DNA of 64,000 bases from Prolixibacteraceae bacterium. GTDB lineage: Bacteria > Bacteroidota > Bacteroidia > Bacteroidales > Prolixibacteraceae. The stretch spans positions 18,737 to 82,736 of the forward strand of contig DOAQ01000043.1 of the NCBI GenBank assembly GCA_003506435.1. The letters are read 5' to 3'. A program made the translations under genes and the position numbers. The notes below the pieces were generated by a model. That model was not told the origin of the DNA, ran no database searches, and saw nothing but the letters and a program-made list of their open reading frames with translations. This document shows, piece by piece, positions 9,469 to 18,961 of this stretch (its first letter is position 1; every line of letters starts with the position of its first letter).

Positions 9469-10455
9469 TTGAAAGAGAAAATATTTAAAGTACTTAAGTT
9501 TATTGCTTTCCTTGCCCTTGGTATCGTAATATTCTGGCTGGTTTATAAAGACCAGGACATCCACCGCATCAAAAATATCCTGAAAAACGACGTGAATTAC
9601 TGGTGGATTATTTTTTCACTGTTTTTGGGTTTGCTGAGCCACATTAGCCGGACATTGCGCTGGAGTCTGATGATCGAACCATTGGGCAAAAAACCTCGGT
9701 TACTGAATACTTTTCTGGCTGTGATGGTAGGTTACCTGATGAATTTAGTTTTACCCCGGATGGGTGAAATCTCGCGCTGCGGGGTGCTGGCACGCTACGA
9801 AAAAATCTCGTTTACCAAACTGATCGGGACCGTAGTTACCGAACGCCTGATCGATATGATCATGCTGTTGTTATTGTTACTGCTGGTGATTTTTACCCAG
9901 TTTGGCAAGTTGCTGCATTTCATAAAAAATAATCCTGAAGTACAAGAAAAACTATCCGAAATTCTATTTTCTCCGTATCTGATTATTGGTGTCGTTTTTA
10001 TTTTGCTGATTATCTGGATTTGCCGGAGCAGAATAAAAGAAACCAAACTTTTCAAAAAGATAGTTGAATTCATGAAACAATTTGCCGAAGGGTTTCACTC
10101 GATAAAGAACATGAAAAATAAATGGGCTTTCGTAGGACATTCTGTCTTTATATGGCTGATATATTATGTGATGCTATACGTGGTTTTCTTTGCGTTCAAG
10201 TTTACCTCCGGGTTATCGGCCATGGCCGGGCTTACTACCTTTGTGCTGGCCAGTTTTGGAATGGTTGCCCCGGTACAGGGAGGAATCGGAGCCTGGCATT
10301 TCATGACTATTGAAGCGTTGACACTATATGGGGTCGATAAATCTGACGGAACCGTATTCGCCTTACTTGCCCACAGCAGCACCACCGGAATGCTGATTTT
10401 GCTGGGGTTGATTGCTTTGCTGGTTTTGCCGTTTATTAACCGGCGCGCCGAATAA
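9469..10455 (+). CDS. Flippase-like / lysylphosphatidylglycerol-synthase TM-region family membrane protein
   Basis: 328 aa polytopic membrane protein. 'RTLRW..M' and 'PRMGEISRCGVLAR' resemble UPF0104/LPG_synthase_TM. Confidence 0.55.
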   Translation: MKEKIFKVLKFIAFLALGIVIFWLVYKDQDIHRIKNILKNDVNYWWIIFSLFLGLLSHISRTLRWSLMIEPLGKKPRLLNTFLAVMVGYLMNLVLPRMGEISRCGVLARYEKISFTKLIGTVVTERLIDMIMLLLLLLLVIFTQFGKLLHFIKNNPEVQEKLSEILFSPYLIIGVVFILLIIWICRSRIKETKLFKKIVEFMKQFAEGFHSIKNMKNKWAFVGHSVFIWLIYYVMLYVVFFAFKFTSGLSAMAGLTTFVLASFGMVAPVQGGIGAWHFMTIEALTLYGVDKSDGTVFALLAHSSTTGMLILLGLIALLVLPFINRRAE

Positions 10456-10458
10456 TTT

Positions 10459-11733
10459 TTGCTTGTAATAACCAATTGTGTGAATACTGAACTTTTTATA
10501 GCCCGACGTATTTTTTCATCCGGTGAAGAATCACAGCAACTTTCGCAGCGGATAATAAGGTTGGCATTGCTGAGTATTGCATTGGGATTGGTGGTTATGA
10601 TCCTTTCTGTTGCCATTGTTTCTGGTTATAAAAAGGAAATAAGTGATAAAGTTTTTGGTTTCGGTTCGCACCTTCAGATTGTGAATTTCGACACCAACCA
10701 GTCGTATGCTACTGAGCCGATCAGCCAAAATCAACCTTTTCTTGAGGAACTGAAAAACCTCGGAGGCATAAAACATGTACAGTCTTTTTCGACCAAACCC
10801 GGTCTGATAAAAACCGACGATGAAGTACAGGCCATTAATCTGAAAGGGGTAGCCGCTGATTTTGACTGGGAATTTTTTCGGGAGAATAGGGTGGACGGTG
10901 AAATAATCGATGTTAGCGATTCTGTCCCTTCAAAAAGTATCTGGATTTCGCAACAGATTGCTTCGATGTTGAGGCTGAAACTGGGCGATGAAATTCTGAT
11001 GTTTTTTATCAATGAAAAAGAACGAATTCCACGCAACCGCATTTTTACCATTTCCGGAATATTCCAAACCGGGCTGGAAGAATTCGATAAAATGTTTGCC
11101 CTGGTTGATATGCGGCATATTCAACGGCTCAACAACTGGGAAAGCGACGAAATAAGCGGTTTCGAAATAATGCTCGATGACATTTCGACCATTGGCCTGC
11201 ACGAGATGCAGGTGCGCGATATGGTGGTCAACCACATGGTTGAGAATGCGCCGATCCTAAAAGTGGTCAATATCATTGCCAAATATCCGCAAATGTTTGA
11301 CTGGTTGCGGTTGCTCGATATGAACGTGTGGGTACTTCTTTCCCTTATTGTTGTTGTGGCCGGGTTCAATATGGTTTCAAGTTTGCTGGTCATCATTCTC
11401 GAACGTACCCGGATGATAGGCATCCTCAAATCGTTGGGACAACCTGACTGGAGTATCCGCAAAGTGTTTTTGTACCTTTCCGGCATGCTGATTTCACGGG
11501 CGCTTGTATGGGGCAACCTGCTGGGAATTGTCCTTTGTTTGCTGCAACAGCATTTCCATATAATACAACTCGATCCGGCGACATATTATGTTTCTGCGGT
11601 CCCCATAAACTTTTCGTTATTCCATTTGTTTTTGCTAAACATCGGTACGATAATCGTTACCATTCTGATGCTGATTGTTCCAACTTGGTTTATCACACGA
11701 ATTTCGCCTGAAAAAACAGTTCGGTTCGATTAG
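10459..11733 (+). CDS. FtsX-like ABC transporter permease (LolC/E-like)
   Basis: 424 aa. N-terminal 'ELFIARRI', a MacB-like periplasmic domain and a C-terminal FtsX 3-TM module ending '...RISPEKTVRFD'. The start is uncertain (TTG at 10459). Confidence 0.75.
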   Translation: MLVITNCVNTELFIARRIFSSGEESQQLSQRIIRLALLSIALGLVVMILSVAIVSGYKKEISDKVFGFGSHLQIVNFDTNQSYATEPISQNQPFLEELKNLGGIKHVQSFSTKPGLIKTDDEVQAINLKGVAADFDWEFFRENRVDGEIIDVSDSVPSKSIWISQQIASMLRLKLGDEILMFFINEKERIPRNRIFTISGIFQTGLEEFDKMFALVDMRHIQRLNNWESDEISGFEIMLDDISTIGLHEMQVRDMVVNHMVENAPILKVVNIIAKYPQMFDWLRLLDMNVWVLLSLIVVVAGFNMVSSLLVIILERTRMIGILKSLGQPDWSIRKVFLYLSGMLISRALVWGNLLGIVLCLLQQHFHIIQLDPATYYVSAVPINFSLFHLFLLNIGTIIVTILMLIVPTWFITRISPEKTVRFD

Positions 11734-12225
11734 CGGACAGTTTTTTTGAGAACAAAATTTTGACGAAATGTTTTTAACCGGTTTTTCAAGCCCTTTCATA
11801 TCAATCTTCCTGGCAATTGTTTTGCCATGGTTGCTTGTTTTTTTTGGAAAAGGCACCGCCCGGCAGATCATTCTCGATTCAAAAGAGATCTTCCATTTTC
11901 AGGAAAACCGTATTGAAAAACCAAATGATTCCGAAACATTTTCCTTCTCAAAAGCTGAAAAAGAACCAACAGATAAACGGTTTTTAGTTTTTATTGAGAC
12001 AGACAAAACCTGTTTTCTGTTTCTAAATGAACAACCGAAACACACGCATCCGGTAAGTAATGTAAGTTTAATCAGCCAGACGGTCAGTGTATCCGGAACC
12101 CGGGCGCCTCCGCAGATGTTTACAATTTAGCAAACGACCTTCGATTCAGGTAAAAACTATTTTCCTGTGTGTCGTCGGTCCCCCTAATCAACTAAAATTC
12201 ATTGTAAACATTAAAAAATTTAAAC

Positions 12226-14418
12226 ATGACTTTTTTAAAAAAGGCAGGTTTTATTGCACTTACTTTTTTATTTGCAATAAGCCTGAAAGCGCAATATTCA
12301 ATCTCCGGAAAAATTATGAATGCTGAAAACAGCGAAGCGCTCACCGGAGCCCATGTCTATTTGCAGGGAACCGCATTGGGCGCGGCCTCCGGCAACGACG
12401 GAGAATTTACCATTCAGGGGATTTCAGAAGGAAACTATATTGTAAGGGTCAGCTTCTTTGGATTCGAAACGCAGGAGCAAACACTCGAAATTACAGGCGA
12501 TATCAACGATTTCAAAAGTGAACTGAAACCAACCAGTATTGACCTGAATGCGGTGGTTGTTACCGGAACCCGTACGGAAAAAACCTTAAAAAACACTCCT
12601 GTTCTGACCCATGTGATTGGGAAAGATGCACTCGAATCGCAGGCCGTCACGTATCTTCCGCAGGTGCTGGCGCAAGGTGATGCGTCGTTTGAGATGTTCA
12701 GGGACAATACGGTAAACACGTTCAGTCTCGATGGCCTTGGCGCTGAATACATTTTATTTCTGGTTGACGGAGAACGTATCGCGGGCGAAACCAAAGGCAC
12801 TGTTGAAGTATCGCGTATTAACCCGGAAAATATAGAGCGGGTGGAAATGATCAAAGGAGCTGCATCAACACTTTACGGAAGCAATGCTATTGGCGGAGTG
12901 GTGAACGTTATCACTAAATCGGTGTCGCAACCGGTTGAGCTGCGTGCCGGTGTGAAAACAGCCCTGTTTACCGATCCGGCAGAAGATAAAGGACGGTCTG
13001 ATGATTATTATTTTGGCAACATCAACCTTTCCGGTAATAAACTTTCATCATTTACCGACTTCAAGGTAAATCATTACGCTCCGTACGATTTGAGCGAAGG
13101 AGCCGGTATTTACGGCATCATGACACAGGAAAAGGAAAATAACTTTGTAATTAATCAGAAACTGACTTACCGCGCCAGCGACAAATTTTCGGTTTCTGCA
13201 AAAGCATCGTTTTTTCAACTGAACACCGATTACAAGTTGGAAAATTATCCCGACAAGCTGAGCCGCGATTTCACATGGGGGGCAAAAGCCAGTTATTATC
13301 CGTCGGCAAAGGCCAAATACGAGTTGTCGTACAATTCCGACCACAATAAAATTTATGATGTGGAAAATGATGCCGATCACCTTGATTACGACAATCTTTA
13401 CAACAACCTGCGCCTTTTGTCTACTTTGAAACTGTTGAAAAACAATACACTTACCGGTGGTTTCGAGTATGTGAATGAAACGCAGTCGTCGGTTCAGAAC
13501 AATATTGACGACAAAACGCAGGACAATGTTATTCTCTACGCACAGGATGAATACGAGGTAAACGACCTGCTGACCCTGACCGGAGGCGCCCGCATGGAAT
13601 TTCATTCCGTTTACGGCGACCATTTCACACCGCAGATCAGTGCCATGCTGAGTCCCGGAAATTTCAAGGTTCGCGGCAGCTACGGGAAAGGTTTCCGTGC
13701 GCCAACTGTGAAAGAATTGTATACCGACCACTATCGGATACCGGTGCCCGGAGCGCCCTTCCCGATGTACCTTGATGGAAATGCCGACCTGAAGCCGGAA
13801 GAAAGCAATTACTATTCGGCTTCGGTGCAGTATGCGAACGAGAAAATAGATGTTTCTGCCATTTATTCGGTCAATGAGATTTCGAACCTGATTACCACCG
13901 ACTCGATTTACAAAGTAGTGATGGACTTTACTGTAATTCCGCCCAGACCTTCGGAAATTGACTACATGTATTCGAATGTTGAAGAAGCGCGAATTTCGAG
14001 CCTGAGCTTTTTGCTGAAATACCGGCTGACCGATGATCTGACTTTTTCCGCTTCGTTGAAATACAGTGACCCAAAAAATCTGACGACAGATGACGATTTG
14101 CTAAATATCAGGAAGAACAATGCACGTTTTAACCTCGATTACCGGAAAACCTTCGATAATTACCGGTTGGATGTAAATCTGAACAGCAGTTATTACGGAG
14201 AGAAAACAGTTGCTGATATTTACAGTCAGCAAGGTGGAATCAAAGAATTAGATGGTTTCAACCTTTGGAAACTGACAACCACTCACACGTTCAACAACCG
14301 TTTTACAGTCACTTTAGGGGTCAACAATATTTTTGATGTTACTGACGAAGAACCTAAATATTTTAACCTGACTACACCGGGAAGGATGTATGTTTTAGGT
14401 TTATCAGTGAACTTGTAA
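12226..14418 (+). CDS. TonB-dependent receptor with an N-terminal carboxypeptidase-regulatory-like domain
   Basis: 730 aa with a signal peptide, 'ISGKIMNAENSEALTGAHVYL' (CarboxypepD_reg), plug motifs ('IERVEMIKGAASTLYGSNAIGGVVNVITK') and a C-terminal beta-barrel ending in an aromatic-rich strand. Confidence 0.85.
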   Translation: MTFLKKAGFIALTFLFAISLKAQYSISGKIMNAENSEALTGAHVYLQGTALGAASGNDGEFTIQGISEGNYIVRVSFFGFETQEQTLEITGDINDFKSELKPTSIDLNAVVVTGTRTEKTLKNTPVLTHVIGKDALESQAVTYLPQVLAQGDASFEMFRDNTVNTFSLDGLGAEYILFLVDGERIAGETKGTVEVSRINPENIERVEMIKGAASTLYGSNAIGGVVNVITKSVSQPVELRAGVKTALFTDPAEDKGRSDDYYFGNINLSGNKLSSFTDFKVNHYAPYDLSEGAGIYGIMTQEKENNFVINQKLTYRASDKFSVSAKASFFQLNTDYKLENYPDKLSRDFTWGAKASYYPSAKAKYELSYNSDHNKIYDVENDADHLDYDNLYNNLRLLSTLKLLKNNTLTGGFEYVNETQSSVQNNIDDKTQDNVILYAQDEYEVNDLLTLTGGARMEFHSVYGDHFTPQISAMLSPGNFKVRGSYGKGFRAPTVKELYTDHYRIPVPGAPFPMYLDGNADLKPEESNYYSASVQYANEKIDVSAIYSVNEISNLITTDSIYKVVMDFTVIPPRPSEIDYMYSNVEEARISSLSFLLKYRLTDDLTFSASLKYSDPKNLTTDDDLLNIRKNNARFNLDYRKTFDNYRLDVNLNSSYYGEKTVADIYSQQGGIKELDGFNLWKLTTTHTFNNRFTVTLGVNNIFDVTDEEPKYFNLTTPGRMYVLGLSVNL

Positions 14419-14437
14419 GCTGGTATTTGTAGATTGG

Positions 14438-14500
14438 TTATCCTGAAATCAGTGAAGAATTTCAATAATTCTTCACTGATTTCAGGATAATACTTTTTTG
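14438..14500 (+). terminator. Intrinsic terminator downstream of the TonB-dependent receptor
   Basis: A perfect 24-bp inverted repeat, TTATCCTGAAATCAGTGAAGAATT (14438-14461) / AATTCTTCACTGATTTCAGGATAA (14467-14490), with a 5-nt loop, followed by TACTTTTTTG. Confidence 0.7.
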
Positions 14501-14605
14501 TATCAATTGCTGTTTGTCAAATAATTGCAAAGAATTCAGGGAGATGAACTCAGAAAATTGCACTCTCCGGCCAGCAATTGTTCTTTTGTTTTTTTATCTT
14601 TAATC

Positions 14606-15244
14606 ATGCTAAACGGGTTTGTAAAATTTTTAGCCGAAGCATTGGACGGTGAGCTTCCCGGAGTGAAAGCACACCGGAAACTGATTTCACCGGGACGTGA
14701 ACTCTCGTATCCGGCTGATGATGCTCCTGAAATAAAACACAGCGGAGTATTGTTCCTGCTTTTTCCCGACAAAGACAGGCTTTTTACCTGCCTGATAAAA
14801 CGTCCTTCAAGTATGAAACATCATCCGGGACAAATTGGCTTTCCGGGAGGGAAGGTGGAAAAAAACGATTCGTCGTCGCAGATGGCCGCCATGCGTGAAG
14901 CAGAAGAAGAGGTTGGCCTTACGTCCGGTTCGTACCGGATTATTGGTAAACTTTCCGATTTGTATATTCAAGTCAGCAATTTTATCATTCACCCTTACGT
15001 AGCGTGGGTGGACAGAAAACCGGTTTTTACGCTGAATAATTCGGAAGTGGAAGATATTATCCTTTTCCCGATTCAGGATTTTATGGAAAATGAGCATTTT
15101 GCTGAAACAGAAATAATGACCTTCACTGGTCTTGTGAAAGTGCCGTATTACCCCTTTAATGGTGAAATAATATGGGGTGCAACAGCAATGATTTTATCGG
15201 AATATTTCGAGATTATAAAGCACTATCAGTCAACTCCGGAATAG
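14606..15244 (+). CDS. NUDIX hydrolase (CoA pyrophosphatase-like)
   Basis: Nudix box 'GGKVEKNDSSSQMAAMREAEEEVGL'. I prefer the ATG at 14606 ('MLNGFVKFL...') over the TTG at 14525. Confidence 0.75.
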   Translation: MLNGFVKFLAEALDGELPGVKAHRKLISPGRELSYPADDAPEIKHSGVLFLLFPDKDRLFTCLIKRPSSMKHHPGQIGFPGGKVEKNDSSSQMAAMREAEEEVGLTSGSYRIIGKLSDLYIQVSNFIIHPYVAWVDRKPVFTLNNSEVEDIILFPIQDFMENEHFAETEIMTFTGLVKVPYYPFNGEIIWGATAMILSEYFEIIKHYQSTPE

Positions 15245-16646
15245 CATTTTTGTAATGCATGTAAATAGAAATCACGTTGTTTACAAAATTGTATGGCTCA
15301 CTGCCCTGACAATATCCCCATTTCACAGTTCGGTCTCTGTAAAATTTGGCAGATGATTTATTCAGCATGAAATAATCCACATTGTCGTCCCATTTTGCGG
15401 GGTCTTTATCGTATTTTTTTGCCAGACGCCGGGCATCTATAACATGGCCAAGTCCTACATTATAGGCTGCCAGCACAAATTTTATCCGTTCGGTCGAATC
15501 CGGTACGTCGGAGATAAACTGTTCATCGAGCCATTTCAGGTTTTTAATTCCTGCCCGGATGTTCATCCGGGGATCTTGAATGTCGCCGACGTTGTACGTT
15601 TCGGCAGTTTCGGGCATCAGTTGCATCAATCCGTAAGCGCCGGCCCACGATTGTGCTTCGGGATTAAATTGCGATTCCTTGTAAATGATGGCAGCAATCA
15701 GGCGCCAGTCGAACCCTGTTCCTGCACATTCTTCCTTTATCATATCATCGAATTCAGAAAACCGTCCTTTTAGCGAGTGATAATCGTTATTCACCATCAG
15801 GCTTGAGCGGCTGTTTTCGAAATATTTTTGGTAAAGAATGCGGAATTTGGATGTTCCGGAAAAATTAACGATCCACGCGTTCAGGTATTCCAGCCACCCT
15901 GATGAGCCTTTTCTGACAGCCCATGCAATGTTTTGCGGAAAGCTTACCGGGGTTTTCACATCCAGGTTGGGATAGTACGTCTGGTTCACCCTGGCCACAT
16001 TTTCGTCGCAAACTGTAAAATCGATTTCTCCTTTGGCAACCATTGCCACCAATTGTTCAACCCCGTAAATACTGTCCGGCTGAATGATTATATCTTCCCC
16101 GATTTCTTCCGAGAGATGGAGCATCCGCCGGTAATACGATGAGTTGTTCTGGACATGAACCGTTTTTCCGGCCAGATCAAGTTGGTTTCGTATCAGGTGA
16201 TTTTCAATACTCATTGCCGACATTTGCCTGTATTTTTCAGGTTTCCGCTGAACCAGCACCTGTCGTGTCTGCATCAGGGGAACTGTAAACTCGGCTGCTT
16301 CGAGGCGGGTTTTGGTGATGATCAGGTTTTTGGCAATAAGATCAAACTTTTTCCGTCGCAAACCGCGAAAAGTTTCATCCATGTTGTTGGTGACCATTAT
16401 TTCGAGTTTAACATGCATATCTTTGGCCAGCTCCTGCAACAGTTCGTATTGAAAGCCCATGGGATTGCCTTTGTAGACAAAATAGCTGGTCGAATTATAA
16501 TCGACCACGACCCGCAGCTTTCCTGATTCAAGAATTCGCTTTAATTCGTGGTCGCGAACTATATCTGCTTTGCTATCAATTTTTTCCCAGTTACAGGACG
16601 GGAAAAGAACAGTGATAAAAAGTATAAATATGAAAAAATTCTTCAT
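15213..16646 (-). CDS. MltF-like lytic murein transglycosylase (solute-binding domain + SLT domain)
   Basis: 477 aa with a signal/lipobox-like N-terminus, a type 3 SBP-like domain and a C-terminal SLT domain ('IIYKESQFNPEAQSWAGAYGLMQLMP', 'AYNVGLGHV'). Confidence 0.8.
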   Translation of the reverse strand: MKNFFIFILFITVLFPSCNWEKIDSKADIVRDHELKRILESGKLRVVVDYNSTSYFVYKGNPMGFQYELLQELAKDMHVKLEIMVTNNMDETFRGLRRKKFDLIAKNLIITKTRLEAAEFTVPLMQTRQVLVQRKPEKYRQMSAMSIENHLIRNQLDLAGKTVHVQNNSSYYRRMLHLSEEIGEDIIIQPDSIYGVEQLVAMVAKGEIDFTVCDENVARVNQTYYPNLDVKTPVSFPQNIAWAVRKGSSGWLEYLNAWIVNFSGTSKFRILYQKYFENSRSSLMVNNDYHSLKGRFSEFDDMIKEECAGTGFDWRLIAAIIYKESQFNPEAQSWAGAYGLMQLMPETAETYNVGDIQDPRMNIRAGIKNLKWLDEQFISDVPDSTERIKFVLAAYNVGLGHVIDARRLAKKYDKDPAKWDDNVDYFMLNKSSAKFYRDRTVKWGYCQGSEPYNFVNNVISIYMHYKNAIPELTDSAL

Positions 16647-16664
16647 TCAGATAATGGTTAATGC

Positions 16665-18734
16665 TTAGTTGTAAAACGACCAGGCGACACCAATCCGGTA
16701 TGTTCTTTTGTAGAGCGGATACGAAGGGGCAGCCCAGAAGTTACCATCCAGCAGGTCGGAAGTTACATTCATCAGGTTAAAAAATGCCCTCGTTCGTTTT
16801 AGTTTCAGGTTTACATGGAAATCCACAAAAGGGTAATTTCCTATTTTTTGTTCGTTCTGCAGGTAAAATCTGGCAGTGGAGGGTTCAAAAGCGTCGGCAT
16901 AAAATTCGGTTGTGTACCGGGTATCAACCCCCATCTGGAAGTGCATTACCTTCGAAATTACAGTTCTGTAATTCAGGCTCAGAAAGGCCGCAAAATCGGG
17001 TAGGTGGATGTAGTTGGTTTCGCTGGCTGACTGCCACAAAACACGTGAACGCACCAGCCAGTGGGTGCTTTCAAAATCCTTGTCGAGCCAGGCCGAAAGA
17101 ATCAGTAATTCGCCGTTGGCCTGAGATGGCAGCGCATTTTCATCATTGTAAATATAATTGCCAATCAGTGCATAGTTGGCGCCGAGGCTTGCCTTGTATT
17201 TTTTAGAATTAATTTTTCCGCGGATAATCATTTCGTTGATATTGTTGAAATGGTTCCTCCAGCGAAAATGGTTCGAGAAATAATTCTGTTCAAAATAATC
17301 GGGGACCAGTGTTTTCAGGCTTCCTTCAACCCGAAGCGAAGTGGTGTCGTTACCAATTTTCAAAGGTTTGTTGATGTAGCCTTCCAGCTCAGTCTGTCCG
17401 CTCCGGTAACCCGCAAAATACATTTTCCCGCTTGCGTTCCATTGCCAGAATTTTCCTTCCATACGATGAATGGCGCCACCCAGGTAACTGTTGCTTTGTT
17501 TGCGGTCGTAGCTGTATTTCACGCTCGGTGCAATATCCCATGTATATCCCGGAAGAATAAAACGCCCGTCCTGTAAATTGTACCGTTCGGGAAGCTCAAG
17601 AATAAACTCCTCTGAAACGTTGTCCATCTCCGGAAAACGGTACCACAACTGGTCGAAGCCAATAAAAGCCCGTTTGCCGAAAGTATATTTCCTGTCGGGT
17701 GCTTCGTGAAATTTAATCTGAAACACATTGGAGAGGCGTGAGTATTTTGTTTCGTCATCCGTTTCCGCTGCATTCAGGTATTTATTTTCGAAAAAGCCAT
17801 CCGTTACATCTGTTTTTTTGAAGCCGCGCTTGTTGCCTGAAAGTTCAAACTCGTAAATAAAACTGGTGCGCGGGATAAATTTTTCCGTAATATATTCTTC
17901 GTCCTCCTTATCTTCCACATATTTTCCGATACGGTACTCGCCGGAAAGACGAACGGTATTGTTGGTCAGTTCGCCATAAGCATCATCCATTCTCAGGTTC
18001 AGTTGTTCGTCCATCAGATTTTGTCCGGGCTCAACTCCTCCGTCTTCTTCCGTTTGTACTCGGTTGAAAATTACATTTCCGTGAACCACGACTTTATCAG
18101 CCTGATAACTTCCAAATAAGCCAACGTTATGGTATTTGCTGTCATCATCATCGCTATCGTAGAACCCTTTTGAACGGGCCTGATTATAGAAAAAAGCCAG
18201 ATTCAATTTTTCATTTACATTTTGCGAATGAAAAACATTAAACCGGGTTTCCGTTCGCAGGTTTTTATTTTCACTTTGGCTGTAATCGAGCAGCGAATAA
18301 GGGGTTGTAGTGTTGAAATATTGAATTTGTGAAGGAAGAATTGCGTATGCGTCGAAGGTGCGGAAAAAATAAAAATCGGAATTATACTTTCGCTTGAAAA
18401 AATCGTTTGAAATATAAGCCCCGCCAAGTATACCGGTAAATGTATTCGAAAAGCTGATTTTATTATACGGTTGATAATCCTGAAAAAAAGTCATGGCAGT
18501 ATCCAGTTCCGATTTTTCAAATGTTGCTCCGTAGTCGGACAGTTGCCAGTTTTTTATAATTGAAGGGACTGATTGTTTTTGCTGAATAGAGTCTTCATTC
18601 GCTATGCCTGTGGATTCAGGGCGTGTTGTCTCACTGAAGCCTCTGTCATTTGAACGTTTTAGTCTTTCCTGCGCCGACAGGAAACCGCAGGCAAATATCA
18701 GCAATATAATTGTATAGCTTAGTCTCTGAATCAT
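16665..18734 (-). CDS. Outer-membrane beta-barrel protein (putative porin family)
   Basis: About 689 aa from the 'MIQRLSYTIILLIFACGFLSAQ' signal peptide. It has alternating aromatic/beta-strand character and a C-terminal '...YRIGVAWSFYN'. No specific family could be confirmed. Confidence 0.5.
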   Translation of the reverse strand: MIQRLSYTIILLIFACGFLSAQERLKRSNDRGFSETTRPESTGIANEDSIQQKQSVPSIIKNWQLSDYGATFEKSELDTAMTFFQDYQPYNKISFSNTFTGILGGAYISNDFFKRKYNSDFYFFRTFDAYAILPSQIQYFNTTTPYSLLDYSQSENKNLRTETRFNVFHSQNVNEKLNLAFFYNQARSKGFYDSDDDDSKYHNVGLFGSYQADKVVVHGNVIFNRVQTEEDGGVEPGQNLMDEQLNLRMDDAYGELTNNTVRLSGEYRIGKYVEDKEDEEYITEKFIPRTSFIYEFELSGNKRGFKKTDVTDGFFENKYLNAAETDDETKYSRLSNVFQIKFHEAPDRKYTFGKRAFIGFDQLWYRFPEMDNVSEEFILELPERYNLQDGRFILPGYTWDIAPSVKYSYDRKQSNSYLGGAIHRMEGKFWQWNASGKMYFAGYRSGQTELEGYINKPLKIGNDTTSLRVEGSLKTLVPDYFEQNYFSNHFRWRNHFNNINEMIIRGKINSKKYKASLGANYALIGNYIYNDENALPSQANGELLILSAWLDKDFESTHWLVRSRVLWQSASETNYIHLPDFAAFLSLNYRTVISKVMHFQMGVDTRYTTEFYADAFEPSTARFYLQNEQKIGNYPFVDFHVNLKLKRTRAFFNLMNVTSDLLDGNFWAAPSYPLYKRTYRIGVAWSFYN

Positions 18735-18961
18735 GTTCGCGCAAAGATAATTAAAACTCAAAACCCGCGTTGTTATTAATTCTTAAAAAAACATAACCAT
18801 CTGTCTTTGCGCATTTTTTTTCTCAACAAACTACCGGACTGAAAGTCAAACCGTAGCGGTTTGGGCTAAAGTTTTCAACCGAAAGTTGTTAGTTTCTGCG
18901 CTTTAATGATAAATTGAAAAGCTTCTTATTTGATTATATTTGTGCAAATTGCAAAAAAAAT

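Noticed and set aside
18914-18961. N-terminal 16-codon extension of parE (TTG start '[16 protein letters not shown]')
   Set aside because: Type IIA subunit B homology begins right after the ATG at 18962 ('[15 protein letters not shown]'). The extension has no support.
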